Both the position numbers and the translations under genes were made by a program. The notes beneath the pieces are model-generated. The model searched no databases. It had not been told where the DNA came from and was given only the letters and a program-made list of their open reading frames with translations. From positions 708,284 through 772,283 of the forward strand of contig OY970318.1 of NCBI GenBank assembly GCA_963716565.1: a stretch of DNA of 64,000 nucleotides, read 5' to 3'. How positions within the stretch are numbered: the first letter of the stretch is position 1; every line of letters begins with the position of its first letter. Positions 1-8,404 of the stretch are shown one piece after another. Source of the stretch: an uncultured Candidatus Saccharibacteria bacterium. Lineage in GTDB: Bacteria > Patescibacteriota > Saccharimonadia > Saccharimonadales > CAIOMD01.

Positions 1-1197
1 TTCACGCCCGAGCAACTAGAGCTGTCGGTAGCCATTATGCGCATCATTGCGGTTAATATCTTTTTATTTGCCATATCTACAGTATTAACCACCGTTCAGC
101 AATCCATGGGGCGGTTCTTTTTTATGGCAATGGCGCCTTTGTTCTACAACGGTAGCATCATTGCCAGTATCTTTATTTTTGGCCACAAGATTGGCATAGT
201 TGGCTTGGGTTTAGGAGTTGCTCTGGGAGCGGTTTTGCAACTGCTAGTTGTGGCTCTGGGCATGATTGGCATGAACTTTAAATATAAATTTAAGATAGAT
301 TTTAAAAATAAAAGCTTTCGTGAGGTGCTTAGGATTCTACCGGCTCGCTCTATAGACCAAGGCGTTGATTACATTAACAGCATTGCCGAAACTCGCTTTG
401 CCTCACATTTAAGTATTGGTGCGGTCACCAACTACGAAAATGCTTTAATACTGCACAATGCCCCAACTATGCTAATCGGCACGGCCATCTCTACGGCAGC
501 TTTTCCGCGCTTAACAGATAGGCTAGCTCAAAACCGAGTAGATTTATTTCGCAAAGAATTTTTAGCTGTAATGCGCACCATGATTTGGATTGCGGCACCG
601 GTGGTAGTTGTTAGCTATTTTGCTAGGGCCTATTTGGCGCGTATTATTTTTGCCCGGAGCAACCGCGAAATTGCCATGATTTTTGGCTTTTTGTGTATAG
701 CTATATTCTTTAGAATTATGTACACCATTATTTCGCGCTACTTTTATGCCCATAAAGACACCAAAACTCCACTTTACGTTTCGCTGTTTATTATTGCTTT
801 AAATATTGGGCTGGCCTATAGCTTATCTAGGCCCAGCGTTTATGGCATTGTTGGTCTGGCGTTGGCTCAAAGTATTGTGGCCTTTGTAGAAGTAACAATT
901 CTTATAGCTATTATGATAATTCGCGACAGACACTTATTTGATAAGGTTTTTATGGATTCGCTATTCAGAATTATATCGGTAACTGGTTTTACTTTTATTA
1001 GCGCCTACTTTACAATGCGCCTGTTGCCGCTATATGCTGCCGACCAAGGGCTTAGCATAGTTGCCAAGTTAATGGGCATAACGGGTATAATCTTTGCGGT
1101 GCACGTTGGATTCTCTTACTTATTTAATTTGCCAGAGGCCAAGTTGGTAGTTAGCAAAATACGCAAGATTATCTTTAGGCCACTTCGCATTCAGTAA
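1..1197 (+). CDS. murJ: Lipid II flippase MurJ/MviN family, C-terminal part (5' end lies outside the window)
   Basis: Frame 1 is open from base 1 and the ORF track begins at 37. Polytopic membrane protein with MurJ-like helices and loops. Confidence 0.8.
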   Translation, partial: FTPEQLELSVAIMRIIAVNIFLFAISTVLTTVQQSMGRFFFMAMAPLFYNGSIIASIFIFGHKIGIVGLGLGVALGAVLQLLVVALGMIGMNFKYKFKIDFKNKSFREVLRILPARSIDQGVDYINSIAETRFASHLSIGAVTNYENALILHNAPTMLIGTAISTAAFPRLTDRLAQNRVDLFRKEFLAVMRTMIWIAAPVVVVSYFARAYLARIIFARSNREIAMIFGFLCIAIFFRIMYTIISRYFYAHKDTKTPLYVSLFIIALNIGLAYSLSRPSVYGIVGLALAQSIVAFVEVTILIAIMIIRDRHLFDKVFMDSLFRIISVTGFTFISAYFTMRLLPLYAADQGLSIVAKLMGITGIIFAVHVGFSYLFNLPEAKLVVSKIRKIIFRPLRIQ

Positions 1198-1200
1198 TTT

Positions 1201-2976
1201 ATGGAAAAAATTCGAAATTTTTGCATCATCGCGCACATCGACCACGGCAAATCCACGCTGGCCGATAGATTGCTGGAACTGACCGGCACTGTTGCTATGC
1301 GCGAAATGCGCGACCAGCTGTTAGATAGAATGGATTTAGAGCGCGAACGGGGCATTACCATCAAATTACAGCCGGTACGTATGCAGTATAAGGGTTACGA
1401 GCTAAACCTAATTGATACACCCGGCCATGTTGATTTTAGCTACGAAGTTTCGCGCAGTTTAGAAGCTTGCGAAGGTGCCATATTGGTAGTTGATGCCGCT
1501 CAAGGCATACAAGCTCAGACTTTGGCGAATGTTTATTTGGCAATCGCTGCTGACCTAAAAATTATCCCTGTTTTAAATAAAATTGATTTGCCGGCTGCCA
1601 ACGTTGAAAAAGTTCAAACCGAGATTATATCGCTACTGGGCTGTAAGGCTGAAGACATTATTCTGGCATCCGCTAAAACCGGGCAGGGCATGGAGGCAAT
1701 ATTAGATACAATCATTAGCCAAGTTCCTTCACCGCGCGGTAACACCGAAGCTAAATTACGAGCCTTAATATTCGATAGCTACTACGACGATTATCGTGGT
1801 GTGGTATTGCTGGTAAGGATAGTGGATGGTGCATTAGCTAAAAACGATTCAATCAAAATGATGGCTGCTAATAGCCATGGTATCGCCCTAGAAGTTGGCT
1901 CTTTAAAGCCCGATTTAACACCTACCGCTCAGCTCAAAAGTGGCGAAATCGGCTACTTAGTAACAAACCTAAAAAGTACCGCCCAAGCCAGAGTTGGCGA
2001 TACCGTTACTTGCCAAGTAGACGGGGCAGAAAAGGCCTTGCCTGGCTACAAAGAAGTTAAGCCATTTGTTTATGCTGGCATATTCCCCAGCAGCCACGAG
2101 CAGTACCAAACGCTAAAAGACGCTATTGCTAAGCTGCAGCTTAGCGATTCATCTTTAATTTATGAGCCCGAGAACTCACCCGTTTTAGGCTTTGGTTTTA
2201 GGGTTGGGTTTTTGGGGTTGCTGCACATGGATATTGTTAAAGAGCGGCTAGAGCGCGAATATGGCTTGGAACTAATTGTGTCTAACCCTAGTACCGATTA
2301 CCGGGTGGCAATGATTAACGGTGAAGAACTAGACATTAAATCGGCCGATCAGCTGCCCGATATGGTAAAGGTCCAGCAGATTCGCGAACCCTGGATTAAG
2401 GGCGAAATTGTTTGCCCTAAAGATTACGTTGGAGCGGTTGTGCAGCTAATTGCCCAAAGTCGTGGTATGCAAAAGAACATCGGTTATATAGATACCGGGC
2501 TGGCGGTTATCGATTTTGAAGCGCCGCTGGCTAATTTATTAACCGACTTTTACGATAAACTTAAAAGTATCACCTCTGGTTACGGCACTTTTAATTACGA
2601 TTTAAGTGATTACCGGCCAGAAGATTTGGTGCGCTTAGACTATTACATTGCCGGCGATATGGTTGATGCTTTAAGCACTATGGCGCACCGTAGCGAGGCC
2701 GAAAGAATTGGCCGCGAAACCGTTATTAAACTAAAAGCCATCATTCCTAAGCATTTATTTAAGGTAAGCTTGCAGGCAGCTATTGGTGGCCGATTTATTG
2801 CCCGCGAAGATATTCCAATGCTTAAAAAAGATGTAACTGGCTATTTGTACGGTGGTGATGTGTCGCGCAAAAAGAAACTGTGGGCTAAGCAAAAACGGGG
2901 CAAGACCCGTATGAAAAAATTCGGTAAAGTAGATTTACCAGCCGAAACCTTCCAAGTAATGCTCAAGCGCGACTAG
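1201..2976 (+). CDS. lepA: Translation elongation factor 4 (LepA)
   Basis: N-terminus IRNFCIIAHIDHGKSTLADRLL and DTPGHVDF GTPase motifs. Length 591 aa and LepA-type C-terminal domain. Confidence 0.97.
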   Translation: MEKIRNFCIIAHIDHGKSTLADRLLELTGTVAMREMRDQLLDRMDLERERGITIKLQPVRMQYKGYELNLIDTPGHVDFSYEVSRSLEACEGAILVVDAAQGIQAQTLANVYLAIAADLKIIPVLNKIDLPAANVEKVQTEIISLLGCKAEDIILASAKTGQGMEAILDTIISQVPSPRGNTEAKLRALIFDSYYDDYRGVVLLVRIVDGALAKNDSIKMMAANSHGIALEVGSLKPDLTPTAQLKSGEIGYLVTNLKSTAQARVGDTVTCQVDGAEKALPGYKEVKPFVYAGIFPSSHEQYQTLKDAIAKLQLSDSSLIYEPENSPVLGFGFRVGFLGLLHMDIVKERLEREYGLELIVSNPSTDYRVAMINGEELDIKSADQLPDMVKVQQIREPWIKGEIVCPKDYVGAVVQLIAQSRGMQKNIGYIDTGLAVIDFEAPLANLLTDFYDKLKSITSGYGTFNYDLSDYRPEDLVRLDYYIAGDMVDALSTMAHRSEAERIGRETVIKLKAIIPKHLFKVSLQAAIGGRFIAREDIPMLKKDVTGYLYGGDVSRKKKLWAKQKRGKTRMKKFGKVDLPAETFQVMLKRD

Positions 2977-3030
2977 ATCAGTCTTAAATAATATCGAGGT
3001 TGTGAATAAAATACGCGATAGCGTAGATTA

Positions 3031-3657
3031 TTAACTTTTCGTAAAAACGTAGAGTTTTTCTAAAATTTCTTCGGTAACTTCGTCTGGAGTTTGGTCGCCG
3101 TTTACTTCTACAAGTAAGCCCTTTTGGCGATAGAATTCGATAACTGGCATGGTTTTATTTTTAAATTCTTCTAAGCGCGTTACAAGGGCTTCCTTAGAGT
3201 CATCGTGTCTTTTGCCGCGGTCATTTTTTTGTTTGGCAACTTCATAACGATTCCACGTAATTTGTTCATCTAATTTTAAGTAAATAACAGCTTTTATTGG
3301 ATGGCTAGATTGCTCCAGTGCTTCAACTGCGTCTTCCTCTTCGCCCTTGTAACGGCCAACAGAACTTAAAATTAAAGGCTTGCCAGATAGGGCGGGCTGA
3401 TTTAGATAGGGAAAGACGATTTGCTTAAAACTTTCGGTTGGGAACATAAAACCGCTGCCCATATGGTTTTTGACTTCTTCGGGACTGGTGTTATCGCGTA
3501 ATATTTGGCCACTTCCTATTAGTTCGCCATCAAAAAAATTTACCAAAGCCCTGCATTGTGTTTCTTTGCCTGAAAACTGCGGCCCAAAAATGTTTATAGA
3601 GCCGGCGCCCAACCAGGTTTTTATAGATTCAATTTTATCTTTGTCCATAGTTGTCAT
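3031..3657 (-). CDS. Adenylate kinase family nucleoside-monophosphate kinase, divergent
   Basis: P-loop GPQFSGKETQ and overall Adk-like layout (RHDD...RLEEF...EFY), but the DGFPR motif is not conserved. Confidence 0.6.
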   Translation of the reverse strand: MTTMDKDKIESIKTWLGAGSINIFGPQFSGKETQCRALVNFFDGELIGSGQILRDNTSPEEVKNHMGSGFMFPTESFKQIVFPYLNQPALSGKPLILSSVGRYKGEEEDAVEALEQSSHPIKAVIYLKLDEQITWNRYEVAKQKNDRGKRHDDSKEALVTRLEEFKNKTMPVIEFYRQKGLLVEVNGDQTPDEVTEEILEKLYVFTKS

Positions 3658-3688
3658 TATAGCTGGTATATCTTATAGAAAAAAGAAA

Positions 3689-3719
3689 TTAGCACTCTTG
3701 ACCTGTGTCAAAGTGCTAA
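3689..3719. promoter_or_regulatory. CIRCE-related inverted repeat with a wide spacer
   Basis: TTAGCACTCTTGAC-ctgt-GTCAAAGTGCTAA. The outer 8-mers TTAGCACT and AGTGCTAA match the CIRCE half-sites. Lies between the divergent adk-like gene and hrcA. Confidence 0.5.
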
Positions 3720-3752
3720 GTAATTGATACTATCTGGCACTCTCTGGCACAT

Positions 3753-3837
3753 CTAGCTTGCTATTTTTTATGCGGTTCAGCCTGTAGTAGCTACGGCTAC
3801 AACAGGCGTGCTTCCTCGTAAATAAATAGCAAGCTAG
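3753..3837. other. Long structured hairpin, candidate small RNA or RNA element
   Basis: Perfect 14-bp outer stem (CTAGCTTGCTATTT / AAATAGCAAGCTAG). Symmetric 14x14 internal loop. 11-bp inner stem with one mismatch, capped by a C(UACG)G tetraloop. No ORF. Confidence 0.4.
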
Positions 3838-3878
3838 CCGCACCATAGCGCACCAGCTAACATCTATTATTAGCACTC

Positions 3879-3907
3879 TTGACACTAGACTGCCAACTTA
3901 GTATCAT
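3879..3907 (+). promoter_or_regulatory. Sigma70-type promoter of hrcA operon
   Basis: TTGACA (3879-3884), 17-nt spacer, TATCAT (3902-3907). The -35 is embedded in a second TTAGCACTCTTGAC copy (3870-3883). Confidence 0.6.
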
Positions 3908-3918
3908 ACTTACAGCCG

Positions 3919-3945
3919 TTAGCACTTAACTAACGCGAGTGACAA
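3919..3945 (+). promoter_or_regulatory. CIRCE-like HrcA operator
   Basis: TTAGCACTT-N9-GAGTGACAA versus consensus TTAGCACTC-N9-GAGTGCTAA (8/9 and 7/9 matches). Ends 1 nt before the hrcA ATG. Confidence 0.65.
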
Positions 3946-3946
3946 C

Positions 3947-4654
3947 ATGACAGATAGACAAGCTAAAATTTTAAGCGCAATTATTGAACAATACGCCGAA
4001 GTCGCCGCTCCGGTGGGTTCGGTGCTGTTGGCCAACCTTTTTAAGGTGTCTTCGGCCACCATTAGGGCCGAAATGGCTCGGCTAGAAGAAATGGGCTACA
4101 TCGAAGCGCCCCATACCAGTGCTGGCCGTATTCCTACCGAAAAAGGTTATCGTTTTTATGTTAACAATGTAACCGAACAGCTACAAGGCGCGATTATGCC
4201 AACTATCGATCGCAGTGCGAGAGCGATTGATACCAGAGTAAGGGGTGCTGGCGAAACCACCAGAGCCATCAAATCGGCCGTAGATAGCCTAGTAGAGATT
4301 ACCCAAAACTTGGGGCTGGCTACCATTGGCGACCAGCTGTATATAAGTGGCATCTCTAACCTGTTTAGCCAACCAGAATTCTTAGACGGCAGCGCCGTTT
4401 ACGAAGTTGCCAAACTGCTTGATAACCTAGAGCCGTGGCTATTAGAAGCCAAGCCCAACGAACCTATAAACGTTTATATCGGCCACGAAAACCCCATTGG
4501 TAAAGCCAGTGGTTGCTCGCTAATTATCAGCCGTTTTCGTAGCTCATATAGCGATCGCAGTTATATTGGCGTTGTTGGACCAACCCGCCAAAGCTACCGC
4601 CAAGTTATGGGCTTAGTAAGCCACGCCGGCAGAGCCTTAGAAGCTATTATTTAA
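3947..4654 (+). CDS. hrcA: Heat-inducible transcription repressor HrcA (short form)
   Basis: N-terminal winged-helix (RQAKILSAIIEQY...VGS) and position at the head of the grpE-dnaK-dnaJ operon. Confidence 0.9.
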   Translation: MTDRQAKILSAIIEQYAEVAAPVGSVLLANLFKVSSATIRAEMARLEEMGYIEAPHTSAGRIPTEKGYRFYVNNVTEQLQGAIMPTIDRSARAIDTRVRGAGETTRAIKSAVDSLVEITQNLGLATIGDQLYISGISNLFSQPEFLDGSAVYEVAKLLDNLEPWLLEAKPNEPINVYIGHENPIGKASGCSLIISRFRSSYSDRSYIGVVGPTRQSYRQVMGLVSHAGRALEAII

Positions 4655-4767
4655 AGGGGAAAATATGAATACCGTTAGATCTCAAAACTACAAGCAAAAT
4701 AATACAAGCGCTATAGCGCGTACTAACTGTTTAAAAACTAATGATAATAATCGTGAGGTCTAACGGT

Positions 4768-5232
4768 ATGAAAAAACAATCAACTAAAAAAACTATTAGT
4801 AGCGAAGATAAAATTGCCGAATTAACTGCCGATTTACAGCGCTTGCAAGCCGAATTTATTAACTACAAAAATCGGGCCGAATTAGAACGCGGCCAAGCCG
4901 TTCAGATTGGCAAAGAACAAGCCGTTGTAGCGCTATTGCCAATAATTGATAGCATCGAACGGGCCATCGAGCACGAGCCAAAAGATATTAAAGACCATAC
5001 CTGGGTTAAAGGTATCACTGTTTTGGCAAAGCAACTGGATGGCCAGTTAGAAGCTATTGGGCTTAAAAAAATCGGCCAACTGGGCGAAGTTTTTGACCCC
5101 AACAAGCACGAAGCCGTTGTTTTAGATGAAGGTGAAGGTGAAACAGAAGTAATTTCTGGTGTTGTGCAAACTGGTTACCAGTTTGGCCAAGACGTTCTTC
5201 GCCCCGCCATAGTTAAAGTAACAAGAAAGTAG
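4768..5232 (+). CDS. grpE: Nucleotide exchange factor GrpE
   Basis: GrpE coiled-coil plus beta domain (FDPNKHEAV...). I chose ATG 4768, which has a GAGG Shine-Dalgarno 9 nt upstream, over the track start at 4741. Confidence 0.9.
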   Translation: MKKQSTKKTISSEDKIAELTADLQRLQAEFINYKNRAELERGQAVQIGKEQAVVALLPIIDSIERAIEHEPKDIKDHTWVKGITVLAKQLDGQLEAIGLKKIGQLGEVFDPNKHEAVVLDEGEGETEVISGVVQTGYQFGQDVLRPAIVKVTRK

Positions 5233-5241
5233 GATAAAGCA

Positions 5242-5592
5242 GTGATTAGTCCTGAAGGAAATACAGGTGATCAAAGTAGCGCTGTTGTGAATCCAGCTCC
5301 AGTCGCCGAATTAGACACTAGCGGTTCAGAACGGCAAGATATTGTCGATGAATTGAATCAATGTGTTGCTACAGAGGCTACGACACCAGAACAGGTGGAC
5401 GGGGCTATCAGAAGGGCTTTATCAAGGTTGGTGGCAGAATACCCAGATGACGGCTCGGATGAAACAACATCCTTACTAATAGATGAAATGCTCACAGAAA
5501 TTGAAGACACTGCCGTAACCTGCGGTCTTGACCAGGATATAGTTATGGAAATGTTAGAAGAAGAATTAGATAAATCAAGAAAGGAACAATAA
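5242..5592 (+). CDS. Highly acidic hypothetical protein between grpE and dnaK
   Basis: 116-aa ORF with a GTG start 7 nt after AGGA. The stop lies 2 nt before the dnaK ATG. Asp/Glu-rich with no recognisable domain. Confidence 0.6.
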   Translation: MISPEGNTGDQSSAVVNPAPVAELDTSGSERQDIVDELNQCVATEATTPEQVDGAIRRALSRLVAEYPDDGSDETTSLLIDEMLTEIEDTAVTCGLDQDIVMEMLEEELDKSRKEQ

Positions 5593-5594
5593 CA

Positions 5595-7517
5595 ATGGGT
5601 AAAATTATAGGAATCGATTTAGGTACAACTAACAGCGCTATGGCTGTGATGGAAGGTGGCAAGCCCGAAATTATCGCCAATTCAGAGGGCAGCCGTACTA
5701 CGCCAAGCGTTGTAGCCATTAATAAAAACGGCGAACGTTTGGTAGGGCAACTTGCTCGTCGCCAAGCTGTTACTAACCCTGGCAATACTGTTTACGAAAT
5801 GAAGCGCCTGATAGGGCGACGCTGGGAAGATAAAGAAGTCCAGCGCGATATTAAGCTAATGGGCTACGAAATGGTTAAAAGCGGTACCAGCGTAAAAATC
5901 AAGATGGGCGATGCCGAATACAGTCCCGAAGAACTTAGCGCTATGGTGCTAAGTAAGCTTAAAGCTGATGCCGAAGCCTTTTTAGGCCAACCAGTCACCG
6001 AAGCCGTTATTACCGTTCCGGCCTATTTTGACGATTCTCAGCGCCAAGCTACTAAAGATGCTGGTAAAATTGCTGGCTTAGAAGTAAAAAGAATTATTAA
6101 CGAACCAACCGCTGCTGCTTTGGCTTATGGCCTAGATAAAGATAAGAAAGACGAAAAAATTGCCGTTTACGATCTTGGTGGCGGTACTTTTGACGTTTCT
6201 ATTTTAGAACTTGGCGATGGTGTTTTTGAAGTAAAAAGCACTAACGGCGACACCCACTTGGGTGGTGCCGACTTTGACCGCGTTTTGGTAAATTACTTCT
6301 TAGAAGAATTCAAAAAGCAAAGTGGCGTAGATATCACCGACGATCGCAGTGCCATGCAACGTTTGCGCGACGAAGCCGAAAAAGCCAAAATTGAGCTTTC
6401 TACCACCAATGAAGTTACCGTTAATGTACCGTTCTTAACAGCTACCGCCGACGGCCCTGTGCACTTCGAGAGCAAGCTAACTCGTGCCAAATTAGAAAGC
6501 CTAATAGGCGACTTAATCGATAAAACTGCCGAACCTTGCGAAAAGGCTCTAAAAGATGCTGGCCTAAAAATTACCGACATTAATGCCGTTGTATTAGTCG
6601 GTGGTATGACTCGAATGCCAGCCGTTCAAGAAAAAGTTAAGAAAATTTTTGGCAAGGATCCTATGAAGGGCGTTAACCCCGACGAAGTTGTAGCCATTGG
6701 CGCTGCTATTCAAGGTGGTGTGTTGGCTGGCGATGTAAAAGATGTTCTGTTACTAGATGTAACACCCTTAAGCCTAGGTATCGAAACCTTAGGTGGTGTT
6801 AGCACCAAATTAATCGAGCGCAACACCACTATTCCAACCAGCAAAAGCGAAACCTTTAGCACGGCAGCCGATAACCAAAACCAGGTAGAAATCCATGTTT
6901 TGCAAGGTGAGCGCGAAATGTCTGCCGATAACAAAAGCTTGGGCCGCTTCGTTCTAGATGGCATTGCCCCAGCTCCCCGCGGCGTTCCACAGGTGGAAGT
7001 TACCTTTAACCTAGACGCTAACGGTATTCTAAACGTTACGGCTAAAGATAAAGGTACTGGCAAAGAACAGAGTATTACTATTCAAAACAGTGGTAACTTA
7101 AGCAAAGACGATGTAGAAAAGGCTCGCAAAGAAGCCGAAGCTCACGCCGACGAAGATAAGAAAAAGCGCGAAGCCATAGATACCAAGAATCAGCTAGAAA
7201 ACGCTATTTACCAGGCTCAGAAGCTTAAAGACGATAATGGCGATAAGTTAAGCGACGAAAACAAAAAGACGCTAGACGAGGCCATAGAAGCCGCTAAGAA
7301 AGAATTAGAAAGCACCGACAAAGACAAGCTAGAAGCAGCTGCCAAAGAGCTAACTAATAAGATTATGCCAATTGGTGCCAAGCTTTACGAACAAGCTAGC
7401 AAACCAGAAGAAGACAAGAAAGCTGACGAAGACAAAGCGAGCGAAGCGAAGTCCGGCGAAGACGGAAACGGCCCAGTAGAAGGCGAAGTCGTCGACGAAG
7501 ATAAAAAGGAGGAATAA
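5595..7517 (+). CDS. dnaK: Molecular chaperone DnaK (Hsp70)
   Basis: [17 protein letters not shown] and EKAKIELS motifs; 640 aa. Confidence 0.98.
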   Translation: MGKIIGIDLGTTNSAMAVMEGGKPEIIANSEGSRTTPSVVAINKNGERLVGQLARRQAVTNPGNTVYEMKRLIGRRWEDKEVQRDIKLMGYEMVKSGTSVKIKMGDAEYSPEELSAMVLSKLKADAEAFLGQPVTEAVITVPAYFDDSQRQATKDAGKIAGLEVKRIINEPTAAALAYGLDKDKKDEKIAVYDLGGGTFDVSILELGDGVFEVKSTNGDTHLGGADFDRVLVNYFLEEFKKQSGVDITDDRSAMQRLRDEAEKAKIELSTTNEVTVNVPFLTATADGPVHFESKLTRAKLESLIGDLIDKTAEPCEKALKDAGLKITDINAVVLVGGMTRMPAVQEKVKKIFGKDPMKGVNPDEVVAIGAAIQGGVLAGDVKDVLLLDVTPLSLGIETLGGVSTKLIERNTTIPTSKSETFSTAADNQNQVEIHVLQGEREMSADNKSLGRFVLDGIAPAPRGVPQVEVTFNLDANGILNVTAKDKGTGKEQSITIQNSGNLSKDDVEKARKEAEAHADEDKKKREAIDTKNQLENAIYQAQKLKDDNGDKLSDENKKTLDEAIEAAKKELESTDKDKLEAAAKELTNKIMPIGAKLYEQASKPEEDKKADEDKASEAKSGEDGNGPVEGEVVDEDKKEE

Positions 7518-7521
7518 AAAT

Positions 7522-7893
7522 ATGAAATTCACGGGATTAACTTTTTGGGTACAAGACCAAAAAGTTTCTGAAGGCTTTTACCAAAAAATCGGTTTTGAAG
7601 TGGTTGGTTCCAGCGACATGATGGCCACCTTAAAACTAGATGATTTTGAATTAATGCTGGTATCTGCAAAAGGTTCAAGCGGGGAATTTGCAACCGATGC
7701 TTTGGCCGACAAAAAAGGCAAAGGCTTGTATGTAAATCTTAGCGTTGAAGATGTTGATAAAAAGTATCAAGAACTAAAAGCTGCAGGCATTGAGCCTAAA
7801 ACCGAGCCACGCGATTGGCCGTGGGGTAATCGCGAGTTTGTACTTAAAGACCCAGACGGCTACAAGATCGTCTTCTGGCAAAAGATAAAATAA
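7522..7893 (+). CDS. VOC family (glyoxalase/bleomycin-resistance fold) protein
   Basis: 123 aa, with the C-terminal PWGNREFVLKDPDGYKIVFWQ signature typical of VOC proteins. Confidence 0.75.
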   Translation: MKFTGLTFWVQDQKVSEGFYQKIGFEVVGSSDMMATLKLDDFELMLVSAKGSSGEFATDALADKKGKGLYVNLSVEDVDKKYQELKAAGIEPKTEPRDWPWGNREFVLKDPDGYKIVFWQKIK

Positions 7894-8213
7894 TGGTTAA
7901 AAGCAAATTCTGCCAGCTATGGTTAACTTGCGAAAGCCAAGATGAGGCGGACAAAATCGCCGCCTCTCTGCTAGAAAAACAGTTAATTGCTTGCGCCAAA
8001 TCTTGGCCAATTAGCTGTATGTATCGCTGGCACGGCAAAATCGCAGACGGCAAAGAAACGTTGTTATTAATGGAATCTCGCGAAGATTTGTTTGATGCTG
8101 TTGAGGCCGAAGTTAAAAAATTGCACAGTTACGAAACATTCGTATTGCAGGCAATCCCAATGGCTAAGCTCTCTAAAGAAGCAACAAAATGGATACAGAA
8201 AGAACTAAAATAA
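7893..8213 (+). CDS. cutA: Divalent-cation tolerance protein CutA
   Basis: 106 aa with a CutA1-like pattern (LIACA...Y.W.GKI...E..L..K). Confidence 0.8.
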   Translation: MVKSKFCQLWLTCESQDEADKIAASLLEKQLIACAKSWPISCMYRWHGKIADGKETLLLMESREDLFDAVEAEVKKLHSYETFVLQAIPMAKLSKEATKWIQKELK

Positions 8214-8261
8214 TGGCTACATTGGCAAGAACTACTGAATCTGTTAAATTTAAGAAGCTTC

Positions 8262-8296
8262 ACCCCGTGTTGGCGCAAGCCTCAGCGGGGTTTTTG
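8262..8296 (+). terminator. Rho-independent terminator after cutA (hairpin A)
   Basis: CCCCG-tgtt-GGC-GCAA-GCC-tcag-CGGGG followed by TTTTT. Confidence 0.7.
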
Positions 8297-8311
8297 CTAG
8301 GGGTGGAGTTA

Positions 8312-8340
8312 TTGACAAAAGCTGAGAATTTTGCTAAATT
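8312..8340 (+). promoter_or_regulatory. Candidate internal promoter
   Basis: TTGACA (8312-8317), 17-nt spacer, TAAATT (8335-8340). Confidence 0.4.
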
Positions 8341-8351
8341 AAAAGTACGTC

Positions 8352-8389
8352 ACCCCGCTTGGTCTTGCACCTCGCGGGGCTTTTGGTTT
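8352..8389 (+). promoter_or_regulatory. Hairpin B, a terminator-like or attenuator-like paralog of hairpin A
   Basis: CCCCGC-tt-GGT-cttgc-ACC-tc-GCGGGG followed by CTTTTGGTTT. Starts exactly 90 nt after hairpin A and sits directly upstream of the NYN gene's AGGGGGG Shine-Dalgarno. Confidence 0.5.
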
Positions 8390-8404
8390 AAGGGGGGATG
8401 TTAG

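Noticed and set aside
3734-3766. Sigma54 promoter, from the tandem CTGGCAC motifs followed by TTGC
   Set aside because: The GG-to-GC spacing is 12 nt rather than the strict 10 nt of -24/-12 promoters. I also see no sigma54-dependent activator in the window.
8189-8404. 71-aa ORF from the track
   Set aside because: It overlaps the cutA 3' end and is composed of two terminator-like hairpins plus a promoter. Its sequence (…HPVLAQASAGFLLG…HPAWSCTSRGFWFKGGC) mirrors the repeated hairpins rather than a protein.
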